Shown: positions 1 through 12,200, counted from the first letter of the stretch. The stretch: DNA of 47,332 nt from Octopus bimaculoides (GCF_001194135.2 NC_068981.1:170846883-170894214), one strand, 5' to 3'. Made by a program: numbers and translations. Notes: a model not told the origin generated them from the letters alone.

Positions 1-25
1 CTTATTTCTCCGTTCTTTTGATTAA

Positions 26-267
26 CTATCTGTTTATATATATATGTATATTTATGCAGAAGTGTATGTGTGTGCATGTATGTATATGTGTGTCTACGTA
101 TATGTGTATATATGTATGTAAATATGTATATATATATATATATATATACGTGTGTGTGTGTGTGTAAATATACATATACATATATATATTTATATATATG
201 CATACATACACAGACATGCATACATACATACATACATACCAATATTCACACACAGATGGACATATAA
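26..267. repeat. Compound (TA)n/(TG)n/(TACA)n microsatellite
   Basis: Direct reading; it produces the spurious Y/I/C/V/M/H/T ORFs at 26-267. Confidence 0.95.
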
Positions 268-2410
268 TCGCGCATGTATAAAAATAAATAATCCTTGAAA
301 AACATATAAATTACAATTATCTCATACTAGCAGCCATTTACAGTTATTTTTAATGTGTATGGTTACCTGGGAAATGGTAATATATCATAAAATGTAACTA
401 AATTTAATTTATATGAAGAGCCATATTAAAGTATGAAATTTTTCTCTGAGTTCACAGAAACAATAATACATTTGATATTATGTAAATTCAATATTTGGGT
501 AAACTGTACTTTAAACAACTTTAAATTATTCATATTGAACGGAAAAAATATACCTTATTATGTGACTATCCATATGTATGCTCGTATACAATTAATTACG
601 CAAAACGTTTCAACAGTATTAGCATATTTAATATTCCTATCACCACGATGAGTGATGGTTAGAAGAATATTGAGCTTTATTTAATAACCAATTGGTCTAG
701 GAAGCGGGGCAGCATATCAGTGAGGGTTGCCGGTGCGCATTGATGCCGTCGAGTGGTAGACCCGAAACGGTGTACATTCTCTCCTAATGACCCCATACAC
801 TTGCTGGCTTCTGGTATCTGGAGTTCTCGACTGGTAGCACTTGCATGTGCAAGTTGTTTCTAAAACATTTAAGACCTTGTGGAAAGTAACCTAAAGAAGG
901 TTTTAGCGAAGCAATTTCGTCATAAGGTCCAGGTGATGAAACCAACAAGCACAAAGTGAGAAGGAAAGTTATTTGGGAAGACGAGATCATGTTCAGATTT
1001 TATATAAATAATTGTTTCAGAGAATGCAATTATGTTATAACAATAGAATAATGGTATAAAACACTTGCTGCGTCTGTGAGGTGATTAATGACATTGCTAG
1101 TGTTTGAATCATCGCAATTAGTGGAACGTGTTTTTGGTTCTCGTTGCTTTTTTATTTATGTATTCTCTATAGCTGTGATATACACATCTTCTAAAGAGTT
1201 GAGAATAAAACCATTTGATTTGCATTCAAACCCGCAATAACGTAGATATGAATAGTAACCCAATATAAGTACACATAATATTGGCAATGGGAACATTCTG
1301 GTATATTTTGAAAGATATTTTTGGGGAATTAAAGTCTGGAGAAAACAATTAAGGTGTTAGGAGTGAACTGTACTGTCCAAAGCAGTGTACAAATATGAAG
1401 AGAGGAGATTGTTACAATGAGAGCAGCATTGATGATTTAATTGCTTTATACAAATATGTTGATTATTTTAACATTAGCTGTAAATTATTAGTTGAAATTT
1501 TGTTGACGCAAACCATCAATCAGGTATATATTTGTATATATTTAGAACTGAGGTTTTCCGAATAAGTATTTTTTTTTTCATTTCATTGATGGATTTGTTC
1601 TGCGTTATTCCAGGTCAAATCTATCTATTGTAAATAAAAAGGGGATTCAAGTTATTATATTCTTTACGTATAAAAGTGTGGAACGAGACAGTATTTCATT
1701 ATGTAACAATTTTTAGTTTAGCGATGAGAATCGTTCCGTGTACACTCTGTAGAATGCATTACGTGAAACAAACAGATAAATCAATGACCTAACGTGGAAA
1801 CTCTTTGGAATGAATGGTACAGTTGACTAATCTTTCCCGAAACTATCATTACTACCAAATGCAAAGGGAGTATAGAGAGAACTAATAACAACCGATTTTG
1901 ATAGCGACTGTTGTAGTGTAACATTACTGTTGCAATGCAAAAATATATATGTAATTTTCTAAACCTAATGCATTTAAATCAATATTTACAAATTTACTAT
2001 TACTTGTATAAAACCAAATTTCCTGATATACATGTACAAAACAACAAAGAAATTAATTAAATATATATTATCTAATACATGTTAATTATTAAATATCAAA
2101 TTATTACTGCAGAGTAAATTTGAGAGGCCACCATTTTGCAATTATAATTCTAAACAATTTCTGAATACACGTCCTAAAAGTGCTTTTACATTTCAGATAT
2201 AACGTCAGTTATATCTCTGAACGAAATGCAATTAACGCAGGACTAAGTAGTTAGAAATTATACTTATTAGAAAAGCAAAATGACTCAAGAAACATAATTA
2301 ATTCGCCATGCACTAAAACATATATAATTACTTCATATCCACCATTAAATAGTATCAGAGTACACTAATTAGCAGATTTCTTTACATAAAAAAATATATA
2401 TATATTTATA

Positions 2411-2445
<35 letters not shown>

Positions 2446-2987
2446 NNNNNNNNNNNNNNNNNNNNNNNNNNNNNNNNNNNNNNNNNNNNNNNNNNNNNNN
2501 NNNNNNNNNNNNNNNNNNNNNNNNNNNNNNNNNNNNNNNNNNNNNNNNNNNNNNNNNNNNNNNNNNNNNNNNNNNNNNNNNNNNNNNNNNNNNNNNNNNN
2601 NNNNNNNNNNNNNNNNNNNNNNNNNNNNNNNNNNNNNNNNNNNNNNNNNNNNNNNNNNNNNNNNNNNNNNNNNNNNNNNNNNNNNNNNNNNNNNNNNNNN
2701 NNNNNNNNNNNNNNNNNNNNNNNNNNNNNNNNNNNNNNNNNNNNNNNNNNNNNNNNNNNNNNNNNNNNNNNNNNNNNNNNNNNNNNNNNNNNNNNNNNNN
2801 NNNNNNNNNNNNNNNNNNNNNNNNNNNNNNNNNNNNNNNNNNNNNNNNNNNNNNNNNNNNNNNNNNNNNNNNNNNNNNNNNNNNNNNNNNNNNNNNNNNN
2901 NNNNNNNNNNNNNNNNNNNNNNNNNNNNNNNNNNNNNNNNNNNNNNNNNNNNNNNNNNNNNNNNNNNNNNNNNNNNNNNNNNNNNNN
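2446..2987. other. Assembly gap (N run) inside a (TA)n microsatellite
   Basis: Ns flanked on both sides by (TA)n. Other gaps: 6706-6920, 15714-15919, 16308-16419, 20095-20373, 22420-22639, 39630-39989, 45489-45498. Confidence 0.99.
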
Positions 2988-3046
<59 letters not shown>

Positions 3047-3715
3047 CATATGTGTGTGTAAATATATAAAAGGGGAACCATATAAAAATTGAGGCGTATC
3101 AAAGTGAAGCATACCGCACTTGATGACTAGACATTATGACAGAAAACAACCGATAAACAATCCTTTCCATATGTTGTTTGATTTGCCAAACTAACGGCAT
3201 ATCGATATATTGATCTGAATATGGAACAGCCTGAGGAATTGAGTAATTATAATTGTGTTGTATTGCGTAAATATCCTGAATATTGCACGTCTTACCGAAA
3301 CGCGTATAAGAAGTCACGGAGCATTAAGATCTCATTGTAGCAACACTATATAAGCCATTCGTCTGTCTTTGATGCATGCATACACACACACACACACACA
3401 CACGCACACACACACACGCACACACACACAACTATGTATGAATGAATGATTGTATGTATGTATGTATCATGCATATGTGTGTGCATATATGTATGTATGT
3501 ATGTATGCATGCATATTGCAGTGTCATCTTACTAGGTACGTTTATCGCAATTGTGAAACAAGAGAACTTAATATGCCGTGAATTGTAATTAATGTTAATT
3601 TAACAGCTTTGAGTGTTACTAAGAGGCTAGATTGTCTCTCACAATTTGTAATTCTCTCTGATTGAAAAGCGGTTTTGATATTAATTCATCTGTTAAATAA
3701 TATTACTCTGAAGTA

Positions 3716-3755
3716 TGCATACATGCATATATACATGCATGCATACATGTATGTA

Positions 3756-3806
<51 letters not shown>
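3716..3806. repeat. (TACA)n/(CATG) microsatellite
   Basis: Direct reading. Confidence 0.95.
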
Positions 3807-3808
<2 letters not shown>

Positions 3809-3811
3809 AAT

Positions 3812-3952
3812 TTGCAGTTACTCTGTCCAGATTACAAGTTCAGGTTTAAACCTGTAATTATTGGCGCCCTGATATATGTAACACAGCCTAAATAGCAGTC
3901 TTGAGAAATTAGGCTTCTCAAAACCAGAAAGGAGGAAGCTGGAACTGTAAAG
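3812..3952 (+). mobile_element. 3' fragment of an RLE-type (R4/NeSL-like) non-LTR retrotransposon
   Basis: Translates LQLLCPDYKFRFKPVIIGALIYVTQ, then after a frameshift LNSSLEKLGFSKPERRKL..GTVK. PVIIGALG-like motif of the restriction-like endonuclease C-terminus. Confidence 0.7.
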
Positions 3953-3989
3953 CAACGAGTTGGCATGATCCTTAGCAGACCGGACTTAA

Positions 3990-4600
3990 TGCATTTGTTC
4001 TCCTCTTAATTTTCAACGACATCCGTACATATGGATGTCATCAAAAGTTGACATGGCTATGTATTCAAATTTGAGTATCTCGATTACTATTTTACATACA
4101 CGTGCAATGAGCAGTGAAATTAGAGACAGTCTTCGCCATCCTGAAATAGAACATCTGACATAATGCGTTGGATAGTGACATGGAAAACAGACAAGTTAAA
4201 ATAGCATATGTGCATGAGATAGAATTTCAAAATAGAGCATTTCTTCGCTGCAACATGTTAATCATTTTAGTCACTGAGAAAAACTTTGTGAACAACAGAA
4301 AAAATAAATAAAATCGATGTGCTAGTATCGGGGAAAATTTCATCAGAAACCTAAGTCCTGGGAAAGCTGGTGATGAAATTTAACGGTGCCAGTAATCTTC
4401 ATAATCTTCATTGAAAATTGACAACCAGATAAGAATTTCCTAAATAATACTGAGCAGTTTCTCAATATCGTGATGAGTTTTCCGGAAACGAAACATTGTT
4501 GAGATTCACCATGGCCGCCTTTGAGATGGCCACAAGTGTATCGTCCTCTTCTACAATCATGTTCCGAAGCATGGATAACAGAGAGTTTTCACTTTGGTAT
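3990..4600 (+). mobile_element. Degenerate Helitron Rep (HUH) domain fragment
   Basis: 4079-4108 LDYYFTYTCN (cf. PDxFxTFTCN). 4201-4269 IAYVHEIEFQNRAFLRCNMLIIL (cf. xAYVYVIEFQKRGLPHxHxLIIL, motif 2; both His lost). DNR near 4575. Many stops and frameshifts. Confidence 0.7.
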
Positions 4601-5056
4601 TTCGCAGTAAGTGTTCAACAGAGAGTGCATTTGTAGCAACAAAAAAAAAGCTAAGAAAAATCGTCGACGTCTTTAGTCTGAACGCTGTTAGTTTAGAGGT
4701 ACCGAAAATGATTATTTGAGACTCCTGGTACTAAGTCTTATGGAGACTGGAAGGTTATTAACTGCGGAGTAAAGCTTAATAATTCAAAGAGATGTGTCTA
4801 ATCTTGAGATGTGGATAAGAATAACAATGCAAGAAAGTTATTTACGTTTGAAAACCCCATCAGATTTTAATTGAAATTTCTATTTCATTTCAATACGATT
4901 CTTTTGATATAGGAACTCAATTGCTCTGTAATTGAAAACTTATTCCGTAAGGAACAAAGTAAAGATGCAGAGGAAAGCTTTATCCTGTACAGGCAGGTTA
5001 TTTTGGCTGGAAGAAAATGAGCTGCATCACATTTGGTCTGGGTATAAGTAACGGAC

Positions 5057-5400
5057 TGTGGAGGCGCAATGGCCCAGTGGTTAGGGCAGCGGACTTGCGG
5101 TCATAGGATCGCGGTTTCGATTCCCAGTGAGTGTTTATTGAGTGAAAACATCTAAAGCTCCACAAGGCTCCTGCTGTACTCTTTCACCACAACTTTCTCT
5201 CACTCTTACTTCCTGTTGTGCCTGTAATTCAAAGGGTCAGCCTTGTCACACTGTGTCACGCTGAATATCCCCGAGGACTACGTTAAGGGTACACGTGTCT
5301 GTGGAGTGCTCAACCACTTTCACGTTAATTCACGAGCAGGCTGTTCCGTTGATCGGATCAACTGGAACCCTCGACGTCGTAAGCGACGGAGTGCCAACGG
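5057..5400 (+). mobile_element. tRNA-derived SINE, family A (GGAGGCGCAATGGCCCAGTGG head), with 11-bp TSD
   Basis: A box TGGCCCAGTGG and B box GGTTTCGATTCC; AAGTAACGGAC duplicated at 5046-5056 and 5401-5411; homologous to the inverted copy at 41352-41733. Confidence 0.9.
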
Positions 5401-6269
5401 AAGTAACGGACAACGTGTTTCTAGAAAAGAAAGCTAATTACCCAGTTACAAAACTTACAAGTTTGTTTCTATTTGTTATAAGAGTTGTAGTTGGTGGCAT
5501 ATGACAGAGTTGTAAGCAGTAAATACATTTATGTGGTTACTCCTGGAGGATAATTTTTACCTTCGCTATGCACTATGTTTATTTTCAAATGAGCGAGTAC
5601 AACAATCCTGTGCGGCGTAAATACCACCGTCATGCTTCTAGTAATGCATGTATGCACATGCGTTTCTGCGTGCTTGAGTGAGACTACAAGTTTTATATAT
5701 TTATTAACGCGTGCGTTTGTATATGTGTGATTAACTTTACGAAAGTATATACACGCACTTCAATAGATATTTTCACATTAATTGCGTCATTGAAATGAAT
5801 TCGATACGTAAATGCAATGTTAATAAAAGAGCAAGCAGATATTTGGTTAGTATCAATACTATGAACAATAAATTTGCAATGTCAGCCATGTTAATGCAAT
5901 AAAATTAGAAACAAAACCAAAATTAATTCATTGAAGTATCTAAAATTAATAGAATTCAATTAGTTTAAATATCCAATTATAATTCATGATGTCTAGTGTT
6001 TGTATTGGTTCATATAGAAGAATTTGTTGTTCAAGTAAGGCACTAGTTAAATCTAAAGCCTATTGAAACCATCCAGTTCTATTTAATTAAATCAATATAT
6101 ATTGCCGTTGACTTATTCATGGCACTGATAATGAATAGTTATATAAACAAATTGCTTGATAGACAAACAGAAAACAAAGTCGACAGAAAAGCAGACAAAG
6201 AAACACGTGGCTATATACATAGGTAGAAAATAGATAAGTATAAATATAGGACGTTAGATAGACAGAGAG

Positions 6270-6321
6270 ATAGACAAATAGACAGACAGATAGATGGGAC
6301 AAATACAATGTAGAGCTTTAA

Positions 6322-6377
<56 letters not shown>

Positions 6378-6378
6378 G
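6270..6378. repeat. (GATA)n/(GACA)n microsatellite
   Basis: Direct reading. Confidence 0.95.
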
Positions 6379-6648
6379 TGTTAAGTAATATTGAAATGAT
6401 AAGACGGATAACTAGATAAATAAATGTATAGGTGTGTGTATATACGGGCGTGTGTGTGTGTGCGTGTATGCCTGTATATTTATCTAGATATATGCGTGAA
6501 TGTGTGCATCAGGAAAATATTTCGTTCTACTACTTATATTAATTATTCTTAATCATGAAAGCATTTTCAGTTAAAAATATACATATACACGTAAGTACAT
6601 ATATTCAAAGAGACATACACACACACACATATATATGTACACACATAA

Positions 6649-6705
<57 letters not shown>

Positions 6706-6924
6706 NNNNNNNNNNNNNNNNNNNNNNNNNNNNNNNNNNNNNNNNNNNNNNNNNNNNNNNNNNNNNNNNNNNNNNNNNNNNNNNNNNNNNNNNNNNNNNN
6801 NNNNNNNNNNNNNNNNNNNNNNNNNNNNNNNNNNNNNNNNNNNNNNNNNNNNNNNNNNNNNNNNNNNNNNNNNNNNNNNNNNNNNNNNNNNNNNNNNNNN
6901 NNNNNNNNNNNNNNNNNNNNATAT

Positions 6925-6955
<31 letters not shown>

Positions 6956-7241
6956 CATTGTATATCTTTTTAAACGGATATAACTTTTAATGTACTAGTT
7001 GATTGATATTTTACAGATGATTATTTAGCCTCGTTATTCATGCTCTGTCCTTCTTTATAAGCTATTTTTGATTTAATGTTTGCTTCAATTTTATAAGATG
7101 ATTTTTACCGAATTTTGTTCATTGCATGCAACCGGGTTATTGTAAAGACCGGTAGTTGAAAGGACAAATGAAACAAAACCATTTTCAAATGTGTATCTAT
7201 TAAACTAATTGTATATTTTTGCTTATAACATTCTAAAGAAA

Positions 7242-7281
7242 ACTGCCCGACGAACGAGAACCTGAAACTCTGAGTAACAGT
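7242..7281 (+). ncRNA. Degenerate type-I hammerhead-ribozyme-like motif (Penelope pLTR-type relic)
   Basis: ACUG-c / core CCGACGA (U4>C) / weak stem II / GAAAC-UCUGA-GUA (palindromic stem III ACUC-U-GAGU) / a-CAGU pairing with ACUG. Confidence 0.4.
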
Positions 7282-7291
7282 ATTTGTGATA

Positions 7292-7345
7292 CAGTTCTAT
7301 ATTTAAGAGATGAGGAATTATTTACATTATTTACATTATTTACAT
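7292..7345. mobile_element. 54-bp insertion with 11-bp TSD containing (TTTACATTA)x3
   Basis: TATTTGTGATA at 7281-7291 and 7346-7356. Confidence 0.65.
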
Positions 7346-7541
7346 TATTTGTGATATTTTTGCTGTTTTTTTAATAAAGTATATACACAATGTATGTATA
7401 TAAGAAACTTTATAGATTCTGTATTGCTCTTAACGTCAACGTTAGCTATTTATATTTAGATACCGTCGCTTCAAACATTTCACGTGGCAATAGACTCCAC
7501 ACCGCACCCCAGTTTATAACTATCAAAACCTTACCAACCTC

Positions 7542-7646
7542 TCAAAGGATATAGTCGATATAACCCCTTTTATAATATCTGATGGCGCAACATGATGCTA
7601 TACTGGCATGACAGCCAATATCTTTAAGAGAAGATATACATAACAG
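7542..7646 (+). mobile_element. Possible Penelope-like GIY-YIG endonuclease fragment
   Basis: SKDIVDITPFIISDGAT*CYTGMTANIFKRRYT* resembles the IVYxAxV..YIGMTxxxFKxRYxxH layout; short and degenerate. Confidence 0.4.
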
Positions 7647-10002
7647 GTATGACTTGAAACTGCATCCGGTAGTGGGATCCTGGTTCGTAAGTTCCACTGT
7701 CTTGAGGAACAAGAACCGCCTCTTAGACACTATTATTCTATACTAACCCAGAGTAGTAGTACACCTGCCATCAACTGTCATCCTAATATCCTCTGGGCTC
7801 GCGACATTTGTTTCAGCTCACTTATGCAAGTTTCATGGACAGGAAGTGGGTCTGACTCGGCGCAAACTACGCTTTCTAATCTTATAAACTCCTGCTATCT
7901 TGTAGGATAATTTATTGAGCATTTAAAAAGGCTAAAGGAGCAAGACCCCCTACAGAAATCCGGAGGGACGACCTAAGGTAAATACGAACATTTATATTTT
8001 AACAATATCTGGTATCTCCTGTACCTCCACAGATGCTGCCAACGTACTGATTTGTCTTTGCCACGTGATCTATCCATGAATAAAGAGGTGGTAAATGTAC
8101 GTGTAGCTAAGCATTTACTTCTAGAAACAACCTAAGCACAGCAGAAGTAGTTAAGTTATTGAATCTGCAAACCGGTCGAGCAAGAACAAAATTCTGATCA
8201 TGTGATAACTAAGAAAACGTTGTAATGTATGTATTACAATACTTATATAACCAAATTCTGACAGACTGTATTTTCTTTCTAAAAATGTTATCGGTGTTGG
8301 CGCTAGATATATGTGGCTAGTACCCTTCTATTTTACCAGCTTAGTCACATAACCTTGGTTGTTTCATCCCTTCCCGTATTAATTTTACCTTTGTCCAAGT
8401 TCCAGTTCTATATATTTATAAGAGACCATTCCGACATAACCTTCATCAACCAACCTCGAATCACTGGATTTATAAACACATCTACATTTACTTCTATTCC
8501 GTTAAAATGTTATTATAAGCGTACCTACTCAACTGGTTCTCTTGACTAGTCAGAATATGATTTACCTTAATGTTCTCATGTTTACTTAAAATGTCTATAT
8601 TTATAACTTTAAAGTAGAGAAGAATTGTGATCATATGATAGGAACAAATGACACACCGCAGTAAAGTGTTACATCTGGAAGGACAACAGCAAAAAAAGAG
8701 TAAAGTGTAGACCGAGACTACGAGAAATATATAAAATCGAATATATCATAAATATAACTTTGAACGGACTAAATGAGTTGACTGTTAATCGGACTATTTC
8801 AAGAAAAGTCTCCACCAGCACCACCTTTCTTGTTTTTGCTTTATCTGAAAGAATTCTACGCAGTATATAAAATGATCTCCATTACTTTTCTCTTGGGCGG
8901 CGTGGTACAAACAATTGTTGCTTCTATTATTTACAACCAGTCTGACAAATTATTTTTTTGATGCTGTAATTTACCGGGCAGGATATTTTCCCTTTTTTTG
9001 GTATTATCTCCGTAATTCCTCTCTTTCGTCATATTCATTTATATTCATTATATTGGAGCTAAATAATGTGTTAAATAAGAAGTGGAAAATATTCGGTAAC
9101 CTGGCGTATTCCAACTATTTATCCAACGGGAGAGATCACAGGATTCGTACTGGAGTTGTGTTACTCTGTGGTAAGATACAGTTTATGCTGCCCTGATTAG
9201 GTAGTGATTAAATGAAGCGCGAAAAATCACGTTTTGTAAAGTTTCTGTGTCTGTTATGACTGTTGGTAAATGACCAGAAAATCAAAATATTAGATATCTG
9301 AGAGAAATCTCTGCATCAAAGACCTCAGACCTGCATATATCTACGCACACAGAACTCTCCACATTTCTCTCACTAATGCACATAATCAAGCAAGCAAAAT
9401 CGCATACATAATATAGAAACGAGTTCGTATATATGAACGAATTGCTTCCTACAGTATTGTATTAGATCCGTACTGAATGTTTTCATATAAATATATCTTT
9501 GAGCTGCCGGTTTGCTTCGCTAAATAGCACTTCTCTGCTCATTATTTAATAAAATATTCATGTAGTTGACGAGTAATTAAATCATATTTCACGAATGATA
9601 TAAGCTACAATTTCCGTTTCACTCTAAAGAAATTCACATTTTAGTTATGAATCCATTACAAGATTCAGAAAACAATATTACAAAATGAAGCTTGTAATGC
9701 AATGTGAAATATATTGATATCAGTGAAGGTATATTGTAGTACCGTAATGCAATGACAAATGAAGCGCAATGAGTCCTTTCTTTGAATACGTGAAACATTC
9801 TGGTAAATAATTATATTGAAGTATACCAATGAGATAGGAATATAAAATGAAATAAATAAAAATAAGTTGAATATTTACATGGGGGATATCTTTTAACAAT
9901 TTCACAATGTGAGACTGATATTCTGCTTTCGTATTTGGTGCATGAAATTATTATTCCAAAATATTGCCCTCTGTCTTACATGTAAATAAGTAGTCTAAAG
10001 CT

Positions 10003-10044
<42 letters not shown>

Positions 10045-10063
10045 TGGCTTAGCATGCGTAAAA

Positions 10064-10460
10064 AAATATAGAGGTAAAAAATTATCAATTAATAATTAAG
10101 AATACTAACAAGTAGTACCAGCATGCAAAACATAGCAGTCAAAATGACCAAACCACAAATTTTCACTTAAATACAAAGGTGAAAGCGGGCAAAGGAATAA
10201 AAATCCCGAAACCCCGTACCAATACTGAAAATAATTGAAAATTGAAAAAGCTAGATATATCCGTATCACCGTGATTTCGAACTTTGAGAACAACTCTTAG
10301 TTCCTCTTCAATGAGTCTTACTGACCTCAGGGTTATAGAGATTATTCATCTCACCAATGTGTACGATGACTGTTTTGAATGCCGCAGCAAATTTTAAAGA
10401 AGGTGATCAAAGTGAATAAAAGTTATTTAAATGTATATGAGGATATTATTGTTTATAACA
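10064..10460 (-). mobile_element. ~400-bp non-coding insert flanked by a 26-bp direct repeat, carrying a hammerhead-like motif
   Basis: ATATCAGTGGCTTAGCATGCGTAAAA at 10038-10063 and 10461-10486. Minus strand 10311-10261: UUGAAGA / G-GAACU..AGUUC / GAAAUCAC-G-GUGAUA. Confidence 0.5.
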
Positions 10461-11159
10461 ATATCAGTGGCTTAGCATGCGTAAAAGACCCAAAACGGTT
10501 TTTTTGTGAATATGACCGCAAACACTTTGCAGTTTTCGTTGAAATGTAAATAAAGTACGCCAGCCAATAGAAAAGTGCAAACGCTAATCATTTAATAAAA
10601 GCCATATCACCTCCATGAAGGAAAGCTACGTTTCGTTATAAAGGTCTAGTTATATTATATATGAAATAAAGGGTTATATTCACGGTTCAAAGCAATTGAT
10701 TGTAATCGAACTGCTTGTCAACAGATCTTGTACTGAAGCAAACTACCACCACTACCGACAAAAAAATATAATATAACGATTCTAATTTCTATCCCTTTCT
10801 TACAGTTCATTTAAAATCATTTTCTGTCTAATTTGTTGTTAAGTGAGTGTATATGTGGATATGTCTGTGTATGAATTATTGAAGCTTTATCCCACATGTA
10901 TGCAGGTGCATGCATCATTGAAACTTTGTCTGATGAACTACGAAATAAATAAGGGAATAAAGTATACGAAATTATCCAACACACGCACACAAACACACAC
11001 ACACACAATGTTTTTACATATCATATGTACTCCTGTGTGATGTGTGTGTCCATGTGTGTGTGTATCTGTGTGTTTGTGTGGGCGTGTATGAATATTAATT
11101 CGATATTTTCTGTGTATTTCATATATATGTTATTCAAAGAAAGGGAGTGAATTTTGCGT

Positions 11160-12200
11160 TATCGATAAGAATAAATACGATGAACTGGCATTCACAACTC
11201 TTTATATCCATCAACTTTTCGCTTTCGAAGAGTCGATTTACAAACAAACCCCTTTATTCCCTACAGGGTCAAGCTTATCAGACCTACTGATCATCACATA
11301 TATTAAACGATTAGAACGCAGGACACTCAACAGCTGTAATTCCTGTGACTTTTTCGTCAGTATGTGCATGATATCGTCACATTTACATCATCTCGCGAGG
11401 AGGTTGTTAATATGTCCAGTATGTTCAACAACACCGTTGAGCATATTACATTTCAAGTATGCATCCAAGAAGATCGGTTCCTTATCTCTGCTTTATTTTG
11501 AACTCAAAATCACACAGAACGAACCCATCTACACTAACTTATTAAGGAAGGCGAGACGCAGTATCCTCTTTGTATATTATTATTCTTCAGTGCCCATCAG
11601 AAAAAAGATGGACTAAATTGAAAATGAGATTCTCAGAATACACAGTAAATGCAGCGAGACAGTAAGCCATATTACCAACACCATAGGATTTCAAAACGTC
11701 CTGATGGAAAATGGCTATACGTACACTATCACTAAATACCAAGGAATCCCTAAACCAATGAGAAAAACTTGCACGTCTAAGGATATTGTGTGTTTTATGA
11801 AACTGCCACATTTTATCGAAAAAGACAGCTATTTCCATCCGATGGGCAATCCATAACGAGGGATTAAATATACGACTGGCACTCAACCGACCTTCTCTGA
11901 GGAGCACACTAACTAAAAACAGGCTAAAAAAAAATATTTTATGTACATTACCCAACTGCCCGATGAAAGGTGTAATTAGTTCTACGTTTGAATCTGCTGT
12001 ATAAAATCACATGCAGCAAATGTAATGAATTCTACATCGAAAGTACCATCAGACAATGTTACTTCTGTGGAAAACACCTACTGAAATGCTATATCGAACA
12101 AATCCAACTTGCCATTGAAGCTACGGAAAGAAACATAGGGTGAGTGAATTAAGAAATATATCCCGCGAATTAAAAACAAGTCTTAATTGCGTGCACCTAA
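11160..12200 (+). mobile_element. Degenerate Penelope-like element: RT, thumb and GIY-YIG endonuclease
   Basis: 11218 FAFEESIYKQTPLFPTGSSLSDLLIITYIKRLERR (cf. QxxGxxMGSxLS). 11361 YVHD (catalytic YVDD mutated). FNNTVEHITF; GSLSLL..IYTNLLRK..KK..ENEILRIHSKCS. 11994 LLYKITCSKCNEFYIESTIR (GIY-YIG). Confidence 0.85.

Noticed and set aside
1287-1565. 92-codon frame with one stop containing CPKQCTNMKRGDC (RGD, disintegrin-like) and a CAG/GTATAT donor
   Set aside because: No good acceptor, an in-frame TAA at 1350, and stop-free runs of this length are expected by chance in a 47-kb window.
5057-5130. tRNA-like sequence (also at 19776 and 24938)
   Set aside because: These are SINE heads: no complete acceptor stem, and each continues into SINE body sequence.
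10929-10945. CUGAUGA-ACUAC-GAAA
   Set aside because: No stem II pairing and no downstream stem III or UH.
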